64,000 bases of DNA from an uncultured delta proteobacterium (lineage in GTDB: Bacteria > Desulfobacterota > Syntrophia > Syntrophales > UBA5619). The notes below the pieces were generated by a model, which ran no database searches, was not told the origin of the DNA, and saw nothing but the letters and a program-made list of their open reading frames with translations. The DNA lies in assembly GCA_963817385.1 (NCBI GenBank), contig CAWFOM010000005.1, forward strand, positions 320,001-384,000, in the 5' to 3' direction. A program made the translations under genes and the position numbers. Shown one piece after another: positions 29,695-42,745 of the stretch (position 1 is its first letter; each line of letters starts with the position of its first letter).

Positions 29695-30024
29695 ATAGTG
29701 ACCGCCGTTCACGCTCGGTGACGTTTTCCAACAGTCCGAATATGCGCCATAATTAGATTGATTCCGAAGCGGTTTTCGCTCGTCGCGATAGAGGCCGGGC
29801 GGCCTGGGAAGGGTGATAGACGGCTGCGTCCCGGAGCGAAGCGTTTCATTTCCCGGTGATGGGGGGTGCTCGTACGTTACCGGCAGGGTCGCGTCGGCCG
29901 GTTGTCTTCGCTGATTGCAGGCGCCGTGAATGACAGCAAAGGGCTCATTCTTCCCGTGCGGCATGACGGGAAAGTCTGGAGCGATCCGAAAAAATAGTAT
30001 ACAAATACCATAGGGGAGGTCATT

Positions 30025-32004
<1,980 letters not shown>

Positions 32005-32102
32005 AAAAGTTTTCTAAACGGTCAGGGACATTTTTATGGTGGATGCGCTGGGCACGCTGGTCATGGGTCCATGACCGATGTGCATCCGGGAAGGAGGGGA
32101 AA

Positions 32103-32873
32103 GTGAATATCGTTGCGTGTGTAAAACAGGTTCCGGATACGGAAGCTCAGATCAAGGTGAAGCCGGACGGTTCGGGGATCGAAGAAGGCGGCATCAAATG
32201 GGTCATGAATCCCTACGATGAGTTCGGTGTGGAGGAGTCCCTGAGGCTGAAAGAGAAAAACGGCGGTGATGTGACCATCGTCTCCCTCGGTCCGCAGCGG
32301 GCGATGGAGACGATCAGAACGGCCCTGGCGATGGGCGCCGACAAGGGGATCCACATCTGTGATCCGGCCTTCGACGGCGCGGATGCGTATACGACCGCCT
32401 CAGCCTTGGCGGCTGCCATCAAGGGGATTCCCCACGACATCATCTTCTGCGGCCAGCGCGCCATCGATGACGACTCCGCGCAGGTGGGCGCCGTTCTGGC
32501 CGAACTGCTGGGGATTCCCCAGGTTACCGTGGTGACCAAACTGGAGTTTGCGGGAAACGCAATCAGGGTCATCCGGCCCATCGAAGGGGCTCAGCTCCTG
32601 ATCGAATGCCCGCTGCCCTGCGTGGTGACGTGCCAGAAGGGGCTCAACGAGCCGCGTTACGCCTCTCTGCCGGGCATCATGAAGGCGAAGAAGAAACCCG
32701 TCGATGTGAAGGATGCCGCCGCGCTTGGCGTGTCAACGGCGGTCAAGGCCAAGGTAGCCAGGTTTGTGCCGCCTCCGGCGAGAGCGGCAGGGAAGATCAT
32801 CTGCGGCGACGATCCGGCAGCGAAGGCCGCGGAACTGGCCAGATTGCTCAGGGAAGAGGCGAAGGTCATTTAA
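32103..32873 (+). CDS. etfB: Electron transfer flavoprotein beta subunit
   Basis: CVKQVPDT, NPYDE, ALAMGAD, NEPRY; GTG start after SD. Confidence 0.96.
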   Translation: MNIVACVKQVPDTEAQIKVKPDGSGIEEGGIKWVMNPYDEFGVEESLRLKEKNGGDVTIVSLGPQRAMETIRTALAMGADKGIHICDPAFDGADAYTTASALAAAIKGIPHDIIFCGQRAIDDDSAQVGAVLAELLGIPQVTVVTKLEFAGNAIRVIRPIEGAQLLIECPLPCVVTCQKGLNEPRYASLPGIMKAKKKPVDVKDAAALGVSTAVKAKVARFVPPPARAAGKIICGDDPAAKAAELARLLREEAKVI

Positions 32874-32908
32874 TCAGCTACTTGTTCTCATGACGGAGGA
32901 TAACGGAC

Positions 32909-33886
32909 ATGGCAAAAGGTGTATGGATCGTTGCAGAACAGCGGGACGGCGTCTTCCGCAAGATCAGTTACGAATTGGCCAGCACGGCCCGGAAGCTTGC
33001 GGATCAGCTCGGTGAAGAGGTGTGCGCCGTCCTCTGCGGCTCGGGTATCGAGGGAATCGCCGGGCAATTGGGAAAATACGGTGTCGATAAGGTTTTCGTG
33101 GCGGACAATCCCGCCCTCGACCCTTATACAACGGATGCTCATGCAGCGGCGGTGGCGAAGGTGGTAAAGGAGAATGAACCGGCCATCCTGCTTTTGGGTG
33201 CCTCCACCCAGGGGAAGGACCTTGCCGGCCGACTGGTGGGGAAGCTCGCGACAGGCCTCGCGACCGACTGCACGGATGTGAAGATTGTCGACGGGAAGCT
33301 TCTGGCCGTCCGGCCGATGTACGCGGGCAAGTGCTTCGGCGAGATCGCGATCTCTTCCTTCCCGCAGATGGCGACGCTCAGGCCGAACGTCTTTCCCGCC
33401 GTGGAGAATCCCCGGACCGGGGCCGTCGTGAAATTTGATCCGGCTCTCGATGCGGGACAGCTCAAGACGAAGGTCATTGAGGTTCAGAAGGATGCCAGCG
33501 GCAAGGTGGATCTGACGGAAGCCAACATCATCGTGACCGGCGGGCGCGGCATGAAGGGCCCGGAAGGGTATGCCATCCTGGAAGAGCTGGCGGCGGTTCT
33601 CGGCGCCACCGTCGGCGCCTCCCGCGCGGCGGTCGATGCGGGCTGGCGGCCCCAGTCGGACCAGGTGGGACAGACCGGAAAGATCGTTTCAGCAAACCTC
33701 TATATCGCCTGTGGAGTCTCCGGCGCCATCCAGCATCTGGCCGGGATGAGCTCTTCCAAATTTATCGTGGCTGTCAACAAGGATGCCGAGGCCCCCATCT
33801 TCACCAAGGCGGATTACGGAGTCGTAGACGATCTCTTCAAGATTATTCCTGAATTCACGAAAGAGTGCAAGAAATTGCTCGCTTAG
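32909..33886 (+). CDS. etfA: Electron transfer flavoprotein alpha subunit
   Basis: [29 protein letters not shown]. Confidence 0.96.
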   Translation: MAKGVWIVAEQRDGVFRKISYELASTARKLADQLGEEVCAVLCGSGIEGIAGQLGKYGVDKVFVADNPALDPYTTDAHAAAVAKVVKENEPAILLLGASTQGKDLAGRLVGKLATGLATDCTDVKIVDGKLLAVRPMYAGKCFGEIAISSFPQMATLRPNVFPAVENPRTGAVVKFDPALDAGQLKTKVIEVQKDASGKVDLTEANIIVTGGRGMKGPEGYAILEELAAVLGATVGASRAAVDAGWRPQSDQVGQTGKIVSANLYIACGVSGAIQHLAGMSSSKFIVAVNKDAEAPIFTKADYGVVDDLFKIIPEFTKECKKLLA

Positions 33887-33932
33887 AGAACCGGGGACAG
33901 CGCACTTAGGTCAAGGGGTGCTGTTCCGGTAT

Positions 33933-34050
33933 TGAAGCTATCCTTGAGCAAACTGCGGAGAATCTTCGATCCTTACGGGGAATAAACCAGTTCGTCTATG
34001 CACGCTTACCCCGCGGCAAGCCGTGGGGAATGCGCTCGCCGGCGAATTCA
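33933..34050. repeat. Palindromic REP-like / IS200-IS605-end-like intergenic element
   Basis: Hairpin ccccgcggc-aa-gccgtgggg-aat (34009-34031) preceded by a degenerate copy tccttgagcaaactgcggagaat. Confidence 0.5.
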
Positions 34051-34099
34051 GACCATAGCCGTTTGCGGGCATCCCACTGCGGGGGGAGGGAGAGGGGTT

Positions 34100-36316
34100 A
34101 TGGAACATGTCGCATTTTCGGTCGGAAATGAAGGAAGGCAGGTCTTCTGGAATGCCGAGTCATTTTGAGCCGATCCTCTTTCTCCTGACGGCGGTCGCCC
34201 TTGTCATCTTCGCCTATGGCGTCTACCGACGATGGCAGCTGTGGGTTGTCCTCGGCAAACCGGAAACGCGTCTGGACCAATTGGGCACGAGGATCAAGGC
34301 GCTCCTGATGAACGGGCTCGTCCAGTGGAAGACCTTCAGCGACCCCTATCCCGGGATCATGCACGGCCTGATCTTCTTCGGTTTTTTCGTCCTTTTCTTC
34401 GGGGCGGCGTTCGACGCCACCGAGTTCCACATTGCGGAGCCTCTCGGCTGGGCCTTTCTGCGGGGGACTACCTATATCGTTTTTTCCTTCCTGATGGATC
34501 TGTTCGGCGTGGCTGTGCTGATCGGCGTGCTCCTGGCCCTCTATCGGCGGTACATCCAGCGGCCCGACCGCCTCGGCTATCAGGGAAAGCCGGACAACAC
34601 CCCGGATGACCTGATTGTGCTTCTGCTCATCCTCGGGATCATCGTGACCGGCTTCATCATTGAGGCCCTCCGGATCCGCGTTACCGCTCCCCCCTGGGAG
34701 GTCTGGTCCTTCGGCGGCTGGTATCTGGCCAAGACATTGGGCGGCATCGATCCTCTGCAGGCGAAGATCCTCCACAAGATCACGTGGTGGACCCATGCCG
34801 TCATCTCACTGGGATTCATCGCCTACATCCCCTACTCAAGGCTGATGCACATCATCACGACCCCCGCCAACCACTTCATGGTCTCGCTGAAGCCCGCTGG
34901 TTCCAGCGAGCCGATCCGGGATTTCGAGACGGCGGAGTCCTTCGGCGTCGGGAAACTCGAGGAATTTACCCGGAAGCAGATCTTCGATTCCGATGCCTGC
35001 ACGCGTTGCGGGCGTTGTCAGGACGGCTGTCCCGCCTATCTCTCCGGAAAGCCGCTTTCACCGAAGAAAGTTATCCAGGATCTCAAGACCTATTGGCTTG
35101 CGCAGGCGCCCGCGGCCGTTGCGGCAAAGCGGGAGGCTAAAGGCGCTGCGGCGGAACGGGAGCAAGCGTCGGGAAAAACATTCTCATGAGGACCCTCGAG
35201 GGCATGGATCGTCTTGTCGATGCCGCGGTGAAGGGGGCGCCTCACGGAGCGGCGCCGGCCGAGAAGGTTCTGGTCGGCGAAGTGATCGATCTCCATGAGC
35301 TCTGGGCGTGCACAAACTGCATGTACTGCATGGAGCACTGCTCGGCCTCGATCGAACACGTTCCCAAGATCGTCGGGATGCGGCAGTACAAGGTCCTCAC
35401 GGAGGCGGATTTCGCCCCGGAACTCCAGCTCACCTACCGGAATATGGAGAACAACTCCAACCCCTGGGGCATCGGCTCCCACCTCCGGGCGGACTGGGCG
35501 AAAGAGCTCGGGATCAAGACCCTCGCCGAAGACCCCCAGGCGGAGTATCTCTTCTATGTGGGCTGCTCCGGATCGTTCGACGACCGCGGGAAGAAGGTCT
35601 CCGCGGCCTTCGCCAAGATCCTCAAGGCAGCGGGGATCAGCTTCGGCATCCTCGGGACCGAGGAGGGGTGCTGCGGCGATTCCGCCATGCGGGGCGGCAA
35701 CGAATATCTCTACCAGACCCTGGCCCAGGCGAATATCGAGGTGATGAAGCGCTACGACGTGAAGAAGATCATCGCCACCTGTCCCCACGGCTACAACGCC
35801 CTGAAGAAGGACTATCCCCATTTCGGCGGCCAGTTCGAGGTATATCACCACACGGAGATCATCGCCGAGCTGATCGCGCAGGGGAAAATCACGCTCAAAA
35901 AACCGGTCGTGGGCCTTGCCGCCTACCACGATTCCTGCTTCCTCGGCCGGTACAACGCGATCTATGACCAGCCTCGCCGGATCCTCTCGGCCGTTCCCGG
36001 CCTGAAACTCACGGAGCTGGAGCGGAACCGCGCCAAGAGCTTCTGCTGCGGCGCCGGCGGGGCCAGGATGTGGATGGAGGAGGATATCGGCGAACGGATC
36101 AACGACATGCGGACGGATCAGGCGATTGCCGCGGGGGCCGATACGATCGCCGTAGGCTGTCCCTTCTGTCTCACCATGCTCTCCGACGGGATCAAGGACC
36201 GTAAGAAGGAGGAGACCATGGCGGCCCTCGACATCGCGGAGATCGTCTGGCGGGCGATGGACTTGGAGGAGGAGAAGCCTCCGGTGGACGTCTGCGCGGC
36301 GCCGCCGACCTCCTGA
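34100..36316 (+). CDS. Membrane-bound FeS oxidoreductase (NarI-like cytochrome b + 2x[4Fe-4S] + 2 CCG domains; DUF224/EMO/FadF-type); apparent frameshifts near 34158 and 35160
   Basis: ATG 34100 MEHV...RQVFWN; TM helices with His; CTRCGRCQDGCP and CTNCMYCMEHC; two CCG motifs, YHDSCFLGRYN; follows etfBA. Confidence 0.9.
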
Positions 36317-36460
36317 CGCCGATCGCTTCTCCGGGTTAATCCTGCCGGGCTGTTCTTGACCGGCGTATCGTTCGTGTTTCCGATGCTTGTGCGCGTGAGG
36401 ATTTTCCGGAAGCGTTCGCTGACAACATATCGGTAAAAAAAGAAGGGAGAGTAGACGAGA

Positions 36461-38150
36461 ATGGTTGAGACAAGGTATCTGGAGAAACCGTGGCTGAAGT
36501 CCTACGAAAAGGGTGTGCCGGAGTATGTCAAGTATGAAGAGATCTGTATGCCGGATATCCTGGACAGGACGGCGAAGCAGTTCACCGACAAACCGGCCAT
36601 CATCTTTCAGGGGACGATCGTCAGCTATGGAGAGCTCAAGGAGATGGTGGACCGTTTTGCCGCCTGCCTGGCCGATTTCGGCGTCAAGAAGGGGGATGCC
36701 GTGGCGATCCTCCTGCCCAACATCATCCCCTGCGTCGCGGCCTATTACGCGATCCTGAAGATCGGGGCGATCACGGTGATGAATAACCCCCTCTATTCGG
36801 ATCCGGAGCTGGAGCACCAGTTCAACGATTCCGGCGCCAAGGTCCTGATCACCCTCGATGTCCTCGCCAACCGGATGATCGATCTGCGGCCGAAGACGAA
36901 GATCAAACAGATCGTCACCACCTGCATCGGGGATTACCTTCCCGCCGTCAAGCGCGTTCTGGGAAGATGGCTCAAGAAATACCCCTTCGGCGAGGTCAAG
37001 GCCGCCCCGGATCTCTACGAATGGAAGGCGTGTCTCCGGAAATACGGCCCCAACCCGCCGGCGGTGAAGTGCGACTTCGAGGGGGTCGCCATGTACCAGT
37101 ACACCGGCGGCACGACCGGCGTCTCCAAGGGGGTCATGCTGACCCACGCGAACCTGAGCAAACAGGTCCAGCAGATCGAGGCGTGGTTTCCCAAGTTCGG
37201 GAAGGGCGGCGAGATTCATCCTCGGCGCGCTCCCCTATTTTCATGTCTTCGGTCTGTCCACCACCATGAATTATTCCATCTACATGGGCTGGACGCAGGT
37301 CCTTGTCCCCCGGCCCCAGCCGGAGCCCCTCCTGGAGGCGATCCGGAACTTCCGGCCCACCTTCACGCCGCTCGTGCCGACGATGTACATCGGGATGCTG
37401 AACCATCCGGATCTCAAAAAGACGGACATGAGCAGCATCAAGGGGGCCTTCTCCGGGAGCGCGCCGCTGCCGGTCGAGGTGATCCATGAATTCGAGAAGG
37501 ACACCGGGGCGGTCATCGTCGAAGGCTTCGGGATGACGGAGACGACGCCGGTGACCCATATCAATCCCTTCGCCGGCGGAGCGCGGAAGGTGGGAAGCAT
37601 CGGCCTGCCGATCTCCGACACCCTGGCCCGGATCGTGGATCTGGAGGACGAGGTGACGGACGTTCCCGTGGGCGAGCGGGGAGAACTGATCGTCAAGGGC
37701 CCCCAGGTGATGCTCGGCTACAAGGATAGGCCGGATGAGACGGCCAAGACCCTCCGCGACGGTTGGTGCTACACGGGTGACATCGCCACGATGGATGAGG
37801 AGGGCTATTTCTACATCGTCGATCGGAAGAAGGATATGATTATCTCCGGCGGCTTCAACGTCTATCCGCGGGATATCGATGAGGTCTTCTACCTCCATCC
37901 CAAGGTCCAGGAGGCGTGTGCGATCGGCGTCCCCCATCCGGTTCGGGGGGAGAGCGTGAAGGTCTTCGTCGTCCTGAAGGAAGGGATGACGGCGACCCAG
38001 GAGGAGCTGATCGAGTACTGCAAGACGCGGCTTGCCACCTACAAGCTCCCGACGGAGATCGAATTCCGGAAGGAACTGCCCAAGACGAACGTCGGCAAAG
38101 TCCTCCGGAAACAGCTCCGGGCGGAGGAATTGGAGAAGCGGAAGAAGTAA
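36461..38150 (+). CDS. Long-chain fatty acid-CoA ligase (apparent frameshift near 37215)
   Basis: YTGGTTGVSKG, EGFGMTE, TGDI, DRKKD, LPKTNVGK. Confidence 0.92.
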
Positions 38151-38213
38151 CTTCTTATCAATGCCTTAAACAAACCCGTTTTTTGTCATGGCACTGGGGA
38201 GAGTTTTTACAAC

Positions 38214-39005
38214 ATGATCGAAAATCGAGTCAAGCGCGTATGGCGGGAAGGAGGTCTTGCCCTTGGCGCCTACAGCGGCAGCTTCGGCACACCTTCCATG
38301 GTAGAGATCATCGGGCTTGCGGGATTTGACGCAGTCTTCATCGATCTGGAGCACTTTCCTTTCGATCTCCGTGACGTGCACATGATGGTGCTCGTGGCTG
38401 AACGTATGGGCATAACCCCCATCGTCCGGACCCCCGGCTTCGATCCTGCCTTTGTACTGAGGTTGTTGGACATGGGCGTCCAGGGCATCTACCTCCCCCA
38501 CATCGATGGCGCGGAGGCTGCCCGAAAGGCTGTGCAGGCCGTCTACTATCCTCCCTTGGGCGACCGGGGGATGATGGGGGCCAGTCGGGTTGCCCAATAC
38601 GGGAAAATACCTCTTGACCAGCATATGGAACAGTGCAACCGGGAAGTGCTGCTGGCCGTAATGATCGAGGATCTGAAGGCTCTCGATGAGATCGACGAAA
38701 TCGCCGCCATCAAGGGGGTGGACCTCATCGTCGTGGGACCGACTGACATGACGAGGGCGCTGGGAATAACCGGCCAGCCCAATCATCCTAAACTGGTGGC
38801 TGTCATGGAGCGGGTTGCCGAGGCGGTGCGGAAAAGCAACAACGCCCGACTCTCTCTGGCGACAGGGTATGCGCTGTTCCCTCGGACCATTAGGCAATTG
38901 AGGGACATGGGTGTCAGCTACACCAACGTAGCCCCCAACCCTGATGTACGGCTTTTGAAATCTCTCTCGCAGAATGTTGCCGATTTACGCAAGGAGCTGG
39001 CGTAG
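38214..39005 (+). CDS. HpcH/HpaI (GarL-like) class II aldolase
   Basis: GFDAVFIDLEH, VR, RLLDMG, YPPLGDRG, MIE, GPTD. Confidence 0.9.
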   Translation: MIENRVKRVWREGGLALGAYSGSFGTPSMVEIIGLAGFDAVFIDLEHFPFDLRDVHMMVLVAERMGITPIVRTPGFDPAFVLRLLDMGVQGIYLPHIDGAEAARKAVQAVYYPPLGDRGMMGASRVAQYGKIPLDQHMEQCNREVLLAVMIEDLKALDEIDEIAAIKGVDLIVVGPTDMTRALGITGQPNHPKLVAVMERVAEAVRKSNNARLSLATGYALFPRTIRQLRDMGVSYTNVAPNPDVRLLKSLSQNVADLRKELA

Positions 39006-39019
39006 GAGCCTCCTACCCG

Positions 39020-39330
39020 ATGCTCGAAGACGCCGATGGCCTGATGGTGAGCAGTACGCCGCGCACGCCGGAAGATTTCGCCAAGGCGAAGAAATTGAGA
39101 GTTGTCTCGAAGCAGGGCGTCAACGCCATCGATCTGGGGGCGGCCAAAGCACCTGGAGTCATGATCTTCAACAACCCGGCGTGAACAGCGAGGCGGTTGC
39201 CGAAATGAGTCTTGCCTTGCCCCTTGCGGTGACAATCCCCTTGACATACCAGTCGGCCCATCATATATTCCCGCCGCAGAAAAGCACGTTCTCATCAATG
39301 TAATCAATGAAGCGAGAGGAGAGGCAGTAC
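39020..39330 (+). pseudogene. Remnant of a D-2-hydroxyacid / phosphoglycerate dehydrogenase
   Basis: EDADGLMV..KLRVVSKQGV.NAIDL..NNP/GVNSEAVAEMSLAL; NAD-binding core missing, trace of LIN...ARG near 39290. Confidence 0.7.
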
Positions 39331-39400
39331 GCTGTCGGCCCATCAACGATAAGCGCCCTGGCTGGTTTATCGAGACCCGGCCCATTACGGTCGTGGAGGA

Positions 39401-39937
39401 ATGGCGCAGAGTGAGGTCGGCGTGCATCTTGGCACTCCTGACCGAATCGGGAGTTTCATCGTGCGAATTGTGTATTTGGTTATAGGATCGGCTTTCCTGG
39501 CCTTGAGCGTCTTCGTCATGGGTGGCGCCTTTGATTTGGAGTACTATACCCCGTTGGGCCCGGGGCCCGGTTTCTTTCCCTTCTGGTTGGCAGCTTGTCT
39601 TGCGTTCGTGACGATCCTGTGGCTTATTCAAGTTTATCGCAGGCCGAGCGAACCGCTGCCGGCAGGATTCTTCCCTGCCAAGGGTGCGGCCGTGCGACTC
39701 GCATCCATTCTGGGCATCCTCATACTATTTGTTGTCCTAGGCGAGTATTTGGGATTCCGGATAGCTATGCTTGGGTTTCTTTTGTTTCTCCTGTCGATAT
39801 TGGGACACCGGTCTGTACTCGTGGTTATCGCCGTGGCCCTTGCCGGTAGTTTCGGTGCGTACTATCTTTTTCACGACGTGATGAGCGTTCACCTGCCTCT
39901 GGCGTCCATCGAATTCTTGAAAAAACTTGGATTGTAG
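39401..39937 (+). CDS. tctB: Tripartite tricarboxylate transporter small subunit
   Basis: GPGPGFFP motif, LGF, LP near the C-terminus. Confidence 0.87.
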   Translation: MAQSEVGVHLGTPDRIGSFIVRIVYLVIGSAFLALSVFVMGGAFDLEYYTPLGPGPGFFPFWLAACLAFVTILWLIQVYRRPSEPLPAGFFPAKGAAVRLASILGILILFVVLGEYLGFRIAMLGFLLFLLSILGHRSVLVVIAVALAGSFGAYYLFHDVMSVHLPLASIEFLKKLGL

Positions 39938-39946
39938 GAGAAGAAC

Positions 39947-41547
39947 ATGGATGCTTTTGCCGGCCTGATGAACGGCTTCGCCGCTGCATTGTCGCTGGAG
40001 AATCTGTATTACGCTTTTGTTGGGTCTATCATTGGAACCTTGGTTGGCATCCTGCCCGGGGTCGGCTCCGCAGCGGGGATGGCTATCCTTATCCCGCTTA
40101 CGTTCAAGCTGCCTGCGACCGGCGCCATCATCATGCTGTCCGCCATCTTCTATGGCAGCTATTACGGGGGCACAATAACCACCGTGCTCATGGGCGTGCC
40201 CGGCGAGAGCGCCTCTGCCATCACTCTCCTTGACGGGTACCAGATGGCCAAGCAGGGTCGAGGCGGCGCAGCACTCAGCGTTGCAGCCATTGGTTCATTC
40301 ATCGGCGGTACTTTTTCGGTCTTCGGGCTGGTCATCGCAGCCCCTGTCATGGTCAGGTTTGCACTGAAATTCGGCCCCACCGAGTTCTTCTCGCTCATGA
40401 TGGTGGCTACGGCGCTGCTTATGAGCCTTGCAGGCAAATCCATACTGAAGGCCTTGATGATGGGCCTCTTCGGCTTTCTCATTGGGACGGTCGGAATGGA
40501 CCCGGCCTTGGGCGCTCCTCGCTTCACCTTCGGTTCCACGGAGTTGATGGACGGTGTGAATTTCGTCCCGGTAGTCATGGGGCTCTTCGGACTCAGTGAG
40601 ATATTGACGAATATCGAGAACCCGGAGCAACAGGTATTCGAAACAAAAATGAGCTCTCTCGTCCCGTCTCAAACAGGACGTACGAGATTGCGCCGGGCCC
40701 GTGGTGCGGGGAACGGTGTCCGGCTTCCTTTTGGGCTTGATCCCAGGCACCACCCAAACGCTCGCCTCGATCTTATCCTACACCATGGAGGTAAAGGCAT
40801 CCAAGCATCCGGAGCGGTTCGGACATGGGGCTATCGAGGGTGTGGCAGGACCGGAGACGGCAAACAACTCTCACGCCAATGCCGCTCTTATACCCCTGTT
40901 TACCTTAGGCATTCCCGGTTCTCCGAGTATTGCGATACTACTGGGCGCCTTCATGATGAACGGCCTGGCGCCGGGTCCTTTGCTTTTTATGGAGCATGCG
41001 GATCTTGCTTGGACGGTGATCGCGAGTTTCTTCATCGGCAATTTGATGCTGCTCATACTGAATCTTCCGGTCATCCCCCTGTGGGTGAAGACTTCTGAAA
41101 ATACCTTACTCGATCCTATTGGGGCTGATTATGACATTCATGATCATCGGCTCTTACAGCCTTTCCAACAGCATGTTCGACGTAGGTACGCTCATTCTGT
41201 TTGGCGTGCTGGGATACGCGTTCAGAAAGGCTGACTTTCCGCTCGCACCCGCCGCGATGACCCTCATTCTGGGACCGTTAATAGAGAAGAAGCTGCGGCT
41301 GGCCCTGGAACTGAGCGCCGGGGACTTCAGTGTGTTCGTGACGAGTCCGGTCTCTGCGATATTGCTTGCGTTGACTGCGATCATCATCCTGCGGCCGATG
41401 ATTCGGATCCTGATAGCGAAAATTCGCGGATCGACGGTGAGCGGCGGTGTCGGAGGAATAGAGACGTATGAACCGTCAGAGAACGAAACAGCTTACAATG
41501 TGAAGGTACAATTGTTAGTCCACGATTTCATGGGACTTATCATTTAA
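39947..41547 (+). CDS. tctA: Tripartite tricarboxylate transporter large subunit (apparent frameshifts near 40670 and 41095)
   Basis: GILPGVG, DGYQMAKQG, GPETANN, LGIPG, PGPLL spread across three ORFs. Confidence 0.9.
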
Positions 41548-41573
41548 CCGTTAACCAAGAAAGGGGGAACTGT

Positions 41574-42557
41574 ATGTATTTGAAAAAGACGTTTATCATC
41601 AGTCTATCGTTAGCGTCCTGTCTATCCCTTGGGGTTTTTGGGTACGCTGCGGACAAGAAGGTGAACTACCCGGAGAAGGGCAGGACGATCACGATGCTCA
41701 ATGGGAGCGGTGTTGGCGGAGCCTCGGACCTGTTCTCCCGGCTGTTGGCCAGGTGCATGGAAAAGGAGTTGGGAACGAACATTGAGGTTGTCAATAAGCC
41801 GGGCGCCGGCACGCAACACGCGCTGCAGGCCGCGAGCACGGCCAAGCCGGACGGCTATACCGTCGTTCAAACCGCCTTGCCGACGGGAATCATGCTCTAT
41901 CTCGATCCGCAGAAGAAGGCCCAATTCGACGGCAAGAGCTTTAGTCCGATCAGTATGCAGGCCTCCGATCCGGGGGCGACGGCAGTGAGGGCCAATAGTA
42001 CGTACAAGACGATGAAGGACCTTATTGATGCTGCGAAGGCGAACCCCGGGAAAATCAAGTTCGGCGCCGGGACGAAGGCCACTCGCCAGCACCTCGACTG
42101 CGTTCGGTTAGAGCAAGCGACCGGAGCCAAGTTCCAGCAGGTGCATGCCGGCAGTGATGCTAACCCGGTCGTCATGCTGGTCGGGGGGCACCTCGACGTA
42201 GTGCAGGAGAGCGTTGGGGACTTCGAAAATCTCGTGAGGAGTGGGGAGCTTCGTATCCTCGGCGTCTGGGACGATAAAGAGAGCCCGATGGCGCCGGGAG
42301 TCAAGACGATGAAGGCGCAGGGATACGATCTCATCTCCGGCGCCTCTCGTGGGTTGGCGGCGCCGGCCGGAACTCCCAACGAGATTATCAAAGCTCTGGA
42401 CGAGGCGGTCAGGAAGGCGATGGGTACGGCGGAATTCAAAGAGGGTATGGCGAAGTTGAAGCAGCCGGTACGCTATATGAACCAAACTGATTATATTGCC
42501 TACTGGAAGGATATGGAAGCCACGATAAGGCCGCTCATGCCGTTAGTGCTGAAGTAG
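41574..42557 (+). CDS. tctC: Tripartite tricarboxylate transporter substrate-binding protein
   Basis: Signal peptide, GGASD..R, VVNKPGAG, KPDGYT, APAGTP. Confidence 0.9.
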   Translation: MYLKKTFIISLSLASCLSLGVFGYAADKKVNYPEKGRTITMLNGSGVGGASDLFSRLLARCMEKELGTNIEVVNKPGAGTQHALQAASTAKPDGYTVVQTALPTGIMLYLDPQKKAQFDGKSFSPISMQASDPGATAVRANSTYKTMKDLIDAAKANPGKIKFGAGTKATRQHLDCVRLEQATGAKFQQVHAGSDANPVVMLVGGHLDVVQESVGDFENLVRSGELRILGVWDDKESPMAPGVKTMKAQGYDLISGASRGLAAPAGTPNEIIKALDEAVRKAMGTAEFKEGMAKLKQPVRYMNQTDYIAYWKDMEATIRPLMPLVLK

Positions 42558-42605
42558 GAACGCCCGAGCCGATCACGGGGAAGAGGATGCGGCGATGATG
42601 TTTGC

Positions 42606-42732
42606 CTATTTTCCGATAAACGACGGTTTTCTCTTCTCCAAAAAGGCTTTCATCCCCTCCTTCTGGTCGTCGGTGCTGAAGCACTGGGCGCAGCACTCCG
42701 CCTCGATCCGGCAGGCGTTGTCCAGGGATCAT
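42606..42732 (-). pseudogene. Enoyl-CoA hydratase (crotonase) remnant with internal deletion
   Basis: SD+ATG at 42732 fused out of frame to SLDNACRIEAECCAQCFSTDDQKEGMKAFLEKRKPSFIGK*. Confidence 0.8.
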
Positions 42733-42745
42733 CTCACTCCTTTTC

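Noticed and set aside
35150..35200. FeS oxidoreductase as two coupled genes (ATGA overlap)
   Set aside because: The break falls between the two halves of one 2x[4Fe-4S] domain and many similar indels occur in the window; a frameshift error is more likely
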